From positions 1,730 through 65,729 of the forward strand of contig CAVSRK010000002.1 of assembly GCA_963730335.1 (NCBI GenBank): DNA of 64,000 nucleotides. The letters are read 5' to 3'. Below the pieces are notes generated by a model that worked only from the letters and a program-made list of their open reading frames with translations, did no database searches and was not told where the DNA came from. The translations under genes and the position numbers were made by a program. This DNA comes from an uncultured Alphaproteobacteria bacterium (GTDB lineage: Bacteria > Pseudomonadota > Alphaproteobacteria > Rhizobiales > Methyloligellaceae). Shown piece by piece: positions 1 to 9,839 of this stretch (the stretch's first letter is position 1; each line of letters starts with the position of its first letter).

Positions 1-346
1 CGGGCGCGAAGGCGGCTACGGCAATTACATCCGTCTCCGCCACGCCAACGGCTTCGCCACCGCCTATGGCCACATGTCGCGCTTCGCCGCCGGCGTCGAG
101 CCCGGCGTCACCGTCAAGCAGGGCCAGATCATCGGCTATGTCGGCTCGACCGGCATGTCGACCGGGCCGCATTGCCATTTCGAGGTGCTGGTCAACGCCA
201 AGTTCGTCAACCCGATGACCATCCAGGTGCCGCGCGGGCTGCAGCTCACCGGCCGCCAGCTCGCCGAGTTCCAACGCGAGCGCGGCCGCATCGAGACGCT
301 GATGCAAATGGACCCGGTCACCAGCCGCGTCGCCCAGGCCAACTGA
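1..346 (+). CDS. M23 family metallopeptidase, C-terminal part (5' end outside window)
   Basis: Frame 2 is open from base 2: GREGGYGNYIRLRHANGFATAYGHMSR...GSTGMSTGPHCHFEV, which carries the M23 HxH zinc motif. Confidence 0.92.
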   Translation, partial: GREGGYGNYIRLRHANGFATAYGHMSRFAAGVEPGVTVKQGQIIGYVGSTGMSTGPHCHFEVLVNAKFVNPMTIQVPRGLQLTGRQLAEFQRERGRIETLMQMDPVTSRVAQAN

Positions 347-363
347 CTTCGTCAGCCTTTTTT
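343..363 (+). terminator. Possible intrinsic terminator after the M23 gene
   Basis: CTGAC-TTC-GTCAG hairpin followed by CC and a T6 run; the stem is short (5 bp). Confidence 0.4.
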
Positions 364-427
364 CCTTCCCCTCTCCCAAGTCTCTCCACTCCCTCCCCTT
401 CTTTTTGCGCGTCGCACTTTTTCCTTC

Positions 428-457
428 GTCATAGCCGGGCTCGTCCCGGCCATCCAC
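428..457. repeat. REP-like palindromic element (half copy)
   Basis: GTCATAGCCGGGCTCGTCCCGGCCATCCAC contains a GCCGGG/CCCGGC stem. It closely resembles the GTCATGGCCGGGCTTGTCCCGGCCATCCAC intergenic repeat I recall from Rhizobiales. Confidence 0.7.
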
Positions 458-489
458 TTGTGACTCTCGACAAGACGTAGCGCTGCGAC

Positions 490-588
490 TCGGCGGGGTT
501 CTCGCCCTGGTCGAACAGCCAGGAATTGACCGCGTATTTCTGCCCGGTCTTGGTCTCCTTCAGCACCGCGGTGAAATGCGGCCAATAT
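490..588 (-). pseudogene. C-terminal fragment of a conserved alphaproteobacterial hypothetical (putative lipoprotein) gene
   Basis: YWPHFTAVLKETKTGQKYAVNSWLFDQGENPA resembles the recalled PHxTAVI.E..G..(Y/W)AVDSW...G..A tail of a conserved family. No N-terminal part is present. Confidence 0.55.
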
Positions 589-836
589 TTCACCCTATGC
601 AGAAGGGGGCGAGCACTCGGTTTCAAACGGGCTACTGTTGAGGCGCGACATACATTGCTTGTTCGACCTCGGCTATGTCACCGCGACACCCAAACACATT
701 TTTGAAGTCAGTCCGCGCATTAGGGAGGAATTTGAGAATGGGCGGGACTACTACGCATTGCAGGGGAGGTCACTGATACTCCCAGTTCGCAACGACCTGA
801 GGCCCGAACAAGCAGCCCTCGAATGGCACAACAACG
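578..836 (+). pseudogene. HNH endonuclease (HNH_2-type) C-terminal fragment
   Basis: Frame 2 reads AANISPYAEGGEHSVSNGLLLRRDIHCLFDLGYVT...ALEWHN, the HNH_2 core and tail. There is an in-frame TGA at 572-574, no start codon or N-terminus, and the first His of AAHI reads N. Confidence 0.8.
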
Positions 837-839
837 GGA

Positions 840-1485
840 CACAGGGTTCTGAAGTTCGTCACGCACAGCGCAACCGTACTCAAGATTGCGATTGCCCATG
901 GCTGGTTGCCTGGGGCGAGATACACCAATCTGCGCGACGTAAGGAGGTTTCCACAGCTGGGCTTTCTAGACATTGACTGGAGAAGATACGACTTCGCGCG
1001 TCACCTCGAAACAACGAGAATCACAAGACCGCTAATGACCGTCGCTCGGGATATCGAAAATCACCGGGACCTGCGTCGCACAATTGATCAAGCGTTTAGG
1101 CTGCTTGAGTTTGCCCGATATGTGGTCGTCGTACCCAAAGATCCGCTGCTTGAAAGCAGGCTGAATGAGGCGATACCCGCGGAGTTCTTGTTAGGTTTCA
1201 GTGTACCCACACGATATGGAGGTACCAAGCTCTCGCCAAGCGCATTTAGAGACCTGTTCACTTGCTGGGTGGGCGACCGGATGTGCAACGAAAGCTGGGG
1301 GATGCGATGCCGGTGTTCAGCATCGACGCCAACCGCTTCACCTTAGATGCCGCATTCGGAGACTACTTCGATGGCGAAATCTTTCGGCGGCACCCCGTCG
1401 GCGGCTTCAAACTTGTCTCTCGGATTCGGTAAAGAATATCACCTCTCTTTGGAACGGTTACAACAATGACCGACACATTCAGTAA
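840..1485 (+). pseudogene. DUF6610-like / TGT-fold-like protein with two -1 frameshifts
   Basis: Joined frames give HRVLKFVTHSATVLKIAIAHGWLPGARYTNLRDVRRFPQLGFLDIDWRRYDF...SPSAFR / PVHLLGGRPDVQRKLGDAMPVFSIDANRFTLDAAFGDYFDGEIFRRHPVGGFK / TCLSDSVKNITSLWNGY. Shifts are at about 1251 and 1410. Family name is from memory. Confidence 0.65.
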
Positions 1486-2106
1486 GGAGAAGGCCCGCTC
1501 CGAATTCCTGATTGCAATGTAGAATCAGATGATGAACGACATAAACCGGCACATTGTCGTTGTATGGCAGTCAGTCAGCGTTCTCGTCGGTGCGTTCGCA
1601 GCGTGGTCGCTTATTGAGAAAAAAATCATTTCACTCGACATAGCCGCCACGCTCATCGTCATTATCACGATCTGGGTGATTGCTCACGTTATGACGCTGC
1701 GTACTGGTACAATTGAAATTTGGTGATCATCGCGAACATCGAGCGTCAATTTCTTACAAAGAAGGACCTGAAAGAAATTCATTATTATTTCGGCGCGCAC
1801 AGAAGCAAAACGTCCATGCTAACGCATTTGCAGTTGCAGCTGTTTTTGGCAATAGGAGTTGCAGGCCTCGTCCTTGGCATTCAGTTCTTTGATCAAGTAT
1901 GGCCGGCGCTCCCCGACGTGTGCGCCATCCCGCCAGTGAGCTTAGTACCGTGGCTAACAGCGCTAATTGGTATCGGCATATGGTACTATCGACGCGGACT
2001 TGCTCAGCGAAAATACGCTGAGTTTCTCAAGAATTCTCCTGGCAAAAGCGTCGATGCCAGCGGCATTACTTTCGGCGTCGGTCACCCCACAGACGCCGCT
2101 AAGTAG
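1466..2106 (+). pseudogene. Four-TM membrane protein, disrupted
   Basis: ATG at 1466 gives MTDTFSKEKARSEFLIAM*NQMMNDINRHIVVVWQS, with TAG at 1520-1522. A -1 shift at about 1690 continues as YDAAYWYN*NLVIIANIERQFL, with TGA at 1714-1716. Four hydrophobic segments; stop at 2106. Confidence 0.7.
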
Positions 2107-2115
2107 CGCGTTCAG

Positions 2116-4719
<2,604 letters not shown>

Positions 4720-4800
4720 CGGTCTTTAGCCCCTCTGGTGGCCGGAGATCTGAGGGTGGTGGCGGGGTCGGCTGCTAATAGCGCACGCAGCTTAACGGAC

Positions 4801-4829
4801 ATATAGCGCCGCGTTTACCCCTGAAAAAG
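4801..4829 (-). promoter_or_regulatory. Candidate RpoH (sigma32) promoter of clpB
   Basis: Minus strand reads CTTTTT-N16-GCTATAT, versus the alphaproteobacterial RpoH consensus CTTGAA-N15/16-CCTATAT. The -35 match is weak. Confidence 0.4.
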
Positions 4830-5017
4830 GGGATCGAGATGTGGAGGGCCGTGTCACAGTTGCCGGCCTTCGCGGGCACAAAAATGTCCGGGAGGCCCCT
4901 CGGCTCACCGGGTCGGGAGTGGTCTCGTTGGGCTGATGGGACTAGGGCGGATCTGATCCGTTCTGCTCGCACCCGGCAGCGCGGCCTTGCCGCCGTGCCG
5001 CGCCTGGCCGGCGTCCG

Positions 5018-5401
5018 TTATTGCCCGCAGACGCTCGAGCCTGTGGTGCAGACGTAAGGCACGACGACGCCGGTGAAGCACGTGGTGTAGAAGCGCGAGG
5101 TGACGAGGTCCGGCTTCAGCTGCGCATAATCCGGAACGCCATCGGGACGCACCATCTTCCAGAACGGATCGCCCTTCACCTTGCGCGCGGTGAGGCTCAT
5201 CGAGCTCCAGCCATTGGCCTGCTTCAGCTCGCCGGCGCTCGCCAGCGCAAGGGCACGGGACATCTGCGCGGCTTCCGCCGGGGAGCCGGCGCTATGTGTG
5301 GCCTTGACCAATTGGCATGCCGCCAGAGCCGGCGATGCCAACGGCGACAGCAGCGCAACCCCGATCGCCGCCACACCCACCATTCTCGAAATTTGACGCA
5401 T
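5018..5401 (-). CDS. Hypothetical secreted protein
   Basis: MRQISRMVGVAAIGVALLSPLASPALAA signal peptide, GGAG RBS upstream, four Cys in the mature part. Confidence 0.7.
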   Translation of the reverse strand: MRQISRMVGVAAIGVALLSPLASPALAACQLVKATHSAGSPAEAAQMSRALALASAGELKQANGWSSMSLTARKVKGDPFWKMVRPDGVPDYAQLKPDLVTSRFYTTCFTGVVVPYVCTTGSSVCGQ

Positions 5402-5448
5402 GTCGCACTCTCCAACGAAAGACATGCGTCGAGACTGCGCCGATACGG

Positions 5449-5463
5449 CTAATTTGCGGTTAA
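5449..5463 (-). promoter_or_regulatory. CtrA-box-like site
   Basis: Minus strand TTAA-CCGCAAA-TTAG (7/8 match to TTAA-N7-TTAA), about 50 bp upstream of the 5401 start. Confidence 0.45.
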
Positions 5464-5555
5464 TCGGGCCCGGTTCGGGCCAAGCCGCACAGGCGCAGCC
5501 GGACCCGCGCCGTAAGAGCGACGAGGCAACAGGCTAGAGCTAGAGTACTGAGACC

Positions 5556-6140
5556 TCAGCTCACCGGGTCGGTAGAGGTCTCGTCGGTGGCTTGCGCTTC
5601 GGGCTGATCGGCGCCGTTCTGCTCGCGAGAGGCCTCGTGGCCATTGCCGCCATGGCGGTTCCGGTCGCGTCCGCCGGGATGGTGCTCGCGATTGCCGGCA
5701 TGACGCTCGCGGTCCTGACCCCCGCCCCCTTGGCGAAGGTGGTCGCCGCCGCCTTCGGCGCGGATCTCGCCACCGCCGCCTTCGTTGACATCGTCGTCGA
5801 TGCCTTCGTCGTCAGAGTTCCAGCGCGGGTTGCGATATGAGCCGCCGCCGTTAGGGCCTTCGCCCGCTTGAGAATTGGGCTGCCCGCTGAACTGGGTCTG
5901 CGCCGCCATGATGATGCGGTTATAATGCTCGGCGTGCTGGAGATAGCTCTCCGCCGAGACCATGTCGCCGGAGGCGAGCGAGTCGCGCGCGAGCGACATA
6001 TATTTCTCGGCGATATGCGCCGCGGTCCCGCGGATCTTCACGTCGGGGCCATTCGATTCGTAGTTCCGCGCTAACGGATTTTGGGGCTTACGGCCACTAC
6101 CGCGGCCGCGGCCCCTGCGATTCTGCTGTCCTTGCCTCAT
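5556..6140 (-). CDS. DUF4167 domain protein with disordered C-terminus
   Basis: MRQGQQNRRGRGRG...RNYESNGPDVKIRGTAAHIAEKYMSLARDS...YLQHAEHYNRI. Confidence 0.9.
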   Translation of the reverse strand: MRQGQQNRRGRGRGSGRKPQNPLARNYESNGPDVKIRGTAAHIAEKYMSLARDSLASGDMVSAESYLQHAEHYNRIIMAAQTQFSGQPNSQAGEGPNGGGSYRNPRWNSDDEGIDDDVNEGGGGEIRAEGGGDHLRQGGGGQDRERHAGNREHHPGGRDRNRHGGNGHEASREQNGADQPEAQATDETSTDPVS

Positions 6141-6562
6141 TTCCTTCTGTTCTCTTATAGGCGGGTCTGTCCCCGCGTCCTGCTCCCTGCTCACTCCCTG
6201 CCACGGCGGGTCTTAAGCCCCTACGCGCTCAGCGTCCGGAACGCCGGATCGGCCGTGCAGTCATCCTAGCCTGCGCTGTTCGTGCCTTGTTATGAGTCGA
6301 AACTCCGGCGCTAAGCGTCCTAGAGTCCTTCAGCTAGCGCCAGCCAACCTCAATCTGTTGGGCGGTTGAGCGTCTCCTGAACGTCCCGAGAGGCAGAGGC
6401 CTTTCAATCGAGGTTCACGAAAATCCGCTCTAGTTGCCGTTGCTACCGGCGGCGCCTCCCAAGCGCCAAATGGCCGATAGCCGTTCGCTGGCGACGAACC
6501 TAACCTGAACATAGGGGTTCTCCAAGCCTTTTTTTGGCCTTGCGACCCCGAGTCCACCCCGG

Positions 6563-7435
6563 TCACAAGCCGCAAGCAACCACGCGCGGCCGCCCGGCCA
6601 GGTCGCGGCTGATGGCTTGGGACGGGTCGAGTTTGAGCCCGGCCGCGCGAAAAATATCCGACACTTGGGCCGCTTGGCCGGCGCCGATTTCGACCAGCAG
6701 CCGGCCCCCCTCGGCCAGGACCGCCGGCGCGCCCGCGGCAATGCGGCGATAAGCGTCAAGCCCATCGGGGCCGCCATCAAGGGCGAGCATCGGGTCGTAA
6801 GCGGCGACCTCTGGGGCCAGACCGGAGATCTCGCCTGAGGCCAAATAAGGCGGGTTGGACAGAACCAAATCGAACTTGCCAGCGATGCCGTCGAGCCAAT
6901 CGGCGGCCATAAAGGCGGCGCGCGAGCCCACACCGAGGCGGACGGCATTGGCGGCGGCAAGCGCCAAAGCGCTCGGGCTGAGATCAGTGCCGAGCCCTTG
7001 CGCGCGCGGCAGCTCGGCCAGCAGGGTGACGAGGATGCAGCCGGTGCCGGTACCGAGATCGAGCAGGCTGAGCGTCCGGTCGCGCCAGCCGCGCCGCTCG
7101 ACTACAGCGAGCGCCGCCTCGATCAGGGTCTCGGTATCGGGGCGCGGGTCGAGCGCCGGTGGGGCGATGGTGAAGCCACGACCATAGAACTCGCGGGTGC
7201 CGGTGATCCTCGCCACCGGCTCGCGCTTGAGCCGCCGGTCGATGGCCGTGCCGAAGCGCGCCAACGTCGCGGGCTGAACAGGACCGCCGGCGCCGGCGAC
7301 ATAGGCCTCGTGGCTCAGGCCGGCGGCGTGGCAGAGCAGCAGCCGCGCGTCGAGCTCGGGCGTGGTGATCCCCGCTTCACGCAAAACGGCGGCCGCGCCG
7401 ACGAAGGCCTGGTTCAAGGTCACGGGCTCAGGCAT
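6563..7435 (-). CDS. prmC: Release factor glutamine methyltransferase PrmC/HemK
   Basis: [17 protein letters not shown] and SNPPY motifs; overlaps the prfA stop. Confidence 0.96.
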   Translation of the reverse strand: MPEPVTLNQAFVGAAAVLREAGITTPELDARLLLCHAAGLSHEAYVAGAGGPVQPATLARFGTAIDRRLKREPVARITGTREFYGRGFTIAPPALDPRPDTETLIEAALAVVERRGWRDRTLSLLDLGTGTGCILVTLLAELPRAQGLGTDLSPSALALAAANAVRLGVGSRAAFMAADWLDGIAGKFDLVLSNPPYLASGEISGLAPEVAAYDPMLALDGGPDGLDAYRRIAAGAPAVLAEGGRLLVEIGAGQAAQVSDIFRAAGLKLDPSQAISRDLAGRPRVVACGL

Positions 7436-8522
7436 GACCCTCCTCCTGCATCGCCGAGAGCTGAGTGGTCTGATGCTCGGTGATCAGCGCATCGATGATC
7501 TCGTCGAGCGATTCGCCACCTTCCATCACGTAAGGCAGCTGATGCGTGGTGAAGCCGATGCGGTGGTCGGTGACGCGGCCTTGCGGATAATTATAGGTGC
7601 GGATGCGCTCGGAGCGGTCGCCCGAGCCGATCTGGCTCTTACGGTCCTTGGCTCGCTCGGCATCGAGCTTGGCGCGTTCGTGGTCGTAGAGGCGCGCGCG
7701 CAGCACCTTCATCGCCTTGGCCTTGTTCTTGTGCTGGGACTTCTCGTCCTGCTGGACCACCACGAGCCCCGATGGAAGATGGGTGATCCTGACCGCGCTG
7801 TCGGTGGTGTTGACCGACTGGCCGCCGGGGCCGCTCGCGCGGAACACGTCGATGCGCAGATCCTTGTCGTCGATCTTGATGTCGACCTCCTCGGCCTCGG
7901 GCAGCACCGCCACCGTCGCCGCCGAGGTATGGATGCGGCCTTGCGCCTCGGTCTCGGGCACGCGCTGCACGCGATGCACGCCGGATTCGAATTTAAGGCG
8001 GGCGAACACGCCCTTGCCGGTGATGTTGGCGATGACCTCCTTGTAGCCGCCGGTCGCCGACTCGCTGGCCGAGAGGATGGCGACCTTCCAGCCATGCCGG
8101 TCGGCGTAGCGCTGGTACATGCGGAACAGATCGCCGGCGAACAACGCCGCCTCCTCGCCGCCGGTGCCGGCGCGCAATTCGAGGATCGCGCTCTTGTCGT
8201 CGGCGGCGTCCTTGGGCAGAAGCTGAACTTTGAGCTGAAGCTCGAGCTCGTCGATCTTGGGGCCGAGCGTCTCAAGCTCGGTTTCCGCGAGCGAGGCCAT
8301 CTCGGGATCGGCGGCCGGGTCGTCGATCAGCTGCTGCAAGTCGTCGCGCTCGGCCTCGGCGCGCCTGAGCGCGGCGATGGTGGCGACGATCGGGTCGAGC
8401 TCGGAGAATTCGCGGGAGAGCCGCACATAGCTCTCCTGATCGGCGCCCGCGGCCAGCGTGGTTTGCACCGTCTGCCAACGGGCGACGAGCTTGTCGAGCT
8501 TATCGGCGGGAATCGTGGTCAT
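7428..8522 (-). CDS. prfA: Peptide chain release factor 1
   Basis: SGPGGQSVN (GGQ) and the RF1-type PET motif in RVQRVPETE. Confidence 0.97.
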   Translation of the reverse strand: MTTIPADKLDKLVARWQTVQTTLAAGADQESYVRLSREFSELDPIVATIAALRRAEAERDDLQQLIDDPAADPEMASLAETELETLGPKIDELELQLKVQLLPKDAADDKSAILELRAGTGGEEAALFAGDLFRMYQRYADRHGWKVAILSASESATGGYKEVIANITGKGVFARLKFESGVHRVQRVPETEAQGRIHTSAATVAVLPEAEEVDIKIDDKDLRIDVFRASGPGGQSVNTTDSAVRITHLPSGLVVVQQDEKSQHKNKAKAMKVLRARLYDHERAKLDAERAKDRKSQIGSGDRSERIRTYNYPQGRVTDHRIGFTTHQLPYVMEGGESLDEIIDALITEHQTTQLSAMQEEGHA

Positions 8523-8604
8523 GGGTTCGAGCTTGAGTGGATATTAGAAGGCGTTCGGCAGCCGGTCGCGATTCCGGACTACATGGCGCGCCTGACGTCA
8601 ATGA

Positions 8605-9630
8605 TCATTGGGCAGGCGGCGCAGGCTGAGAAGCATCAGGCAGCCGATCCGCCTTGCGGCTGCGCGGGTCGTCAGGGTCGGACGTGCCGCTGCCCGGAGA
8701 TTGCAGCCCCGACGTGCCGGGCGCATGGCTGAGCGCGAACCACAGGCCGAATGCCACCACGGCGGCGACCAGGGCGCCGAGAGCCCATTTCAACAGCGGC
8801 GGCCGGCGGCGCTTGGGCTTGGGCTCGGGTTCGGGCAACGCCGCCTCGGGGACGCCAAAGTCCGCATCGACCGGCATCGGCTCGGGCTGGGGCGGCGCGT
8901 GGAACTGGGGCTGAGGCTGAGGCTGGAACTGGGGCTGCGGCAGCGCCGGCCGCGACGGCGCCGGGCGCAGCTGAGGCGGGCGGCGATCACCACCTTGCTG
9001 CGGCGTCGCCGGCCGGCCGGCTTGAGAGGCGCCGGGTCGAGGAGCCTGAGGCTGCGGTTGCGCGGCGGGCCAGCCGTGCGGATGAGGCTGCCCAGGGTGC
9101 GCCTGGGGCCCGGCATTTTGCCGGTGAGGCTGATGGCCGGCATTCGGCCGCGGCGCTTGCGGCGCGGCGTGAGGCTGGGCGCCCGCATTCTGCCAGGGCT
9201 GAGGCGGCGGAGGCTGAGGCTGCTGGCGCTGCGGCATGTCCGGCGGCGGCCAGGGAATGTCGAGTGGATTTGGCCGCGCAGCCGCGCTGGCATTGCCGGA
9301 GGCGTAGCCGAAATCTCCGTTCTCCTGCGGCGTCATCACCGGCATGTCGGGCATCGCCTTCGGCTGAAGCTCGACGATGCCCGCTTCGAGCTGCGCATAG
9401 ATGCGGCGGAGCAGCGGACGGACGTCGAGATTGAGCAGCGCGCCATAGGCGTTCACCACCCGGCAAGTCTCGGCCCAAGGCGGCAGCGCATAGAGCGCGC
9501 CCTGCTCGAGCGCCTGCACCACGTCGGGCCGGGTGCCGAGCCGCGTGGCCAGGTCCATTTCGGTCAAAGCGGTTGCGGACCGGAGGTCCCGAAACAGCTC
9601 CGCCACCTCAGCGTCATAGCCGGCCGGCAT
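8605..9630 (-). CDS. Helix-turn-helix (RodZ-like HTH) membrane protein with Pro/Gln-rich linker
   Basis: N-terminal LFRDLRSATALTEMDLATRLGTRPDVVQALEQG, then a long P/Q/A-rich region and one TM near the C-terminus. AAGGA RBS precedes ATG 9630. Confidence 0.75.
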   Translation of the reverse strand: MPAGYDAEVAELFRDLRSATALTEMDLATRLGTRPDVVQALEQGALYALPPWAETCRVVNAYGALLNLDVRPLLRRIYAQLEAGIVELQPKAMPDMPVMTPQENGDFGYASGNASAAARPNPLDIPWPPPDMPQRQQPQPPPPQPWQNAGAQPHAAPQAPRPNAGHQPHRQNAGPQAHPGQPHPHGWPAAQPQPQAPRPGASQAGRPATPQQGGDRRPPQLRPAPSRPALPQPQFQPQPQPQFHAPPQPEPMPVDADFGVPEAALPEPEPKPKRRRPPLLKWALGALVAAVVAFGLWFALSHAPGTSGLQSPGSGTSDPDDPRSRKADRLPDASQPAPPAQ

Positions 9631-9839
9631 TTCCTTGATCCCGTGAATATGCAGGCGCCGTGCCGCGGCGTCCGGCTGTGGGCCTACCGGCACTTGGCGC
9701 GGTTCGGTCGGCATTGCGAAGCCGATCCCATCTCAAGCTTGTCTCCGCCAACACAAGCCCAACCGCGTTGGGATTGCAAGTCGGGCCGAGACTAGCATAT
9801 CGGGGCTGGTGGTGGAGACCTCTCATCACCTTCCAAACG

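Noticed and set aside
1520-1716. In-frame TAG and TGA as possible pyrrolysine, selenocysteine or readthrough recoding
   Set aside because: A frameshift lies between them and the neighbouring genes are also broken. Both are single-base changes from Tyr/Arg codons, so decay is simpler.
4860-4882. Third REP-like remnant (GCCTTCGCGGG core) upstream of clpB
   Set aside because: Only about 11 nt match the recalled repeat, too degenerate to support without a genome-wide consensus.
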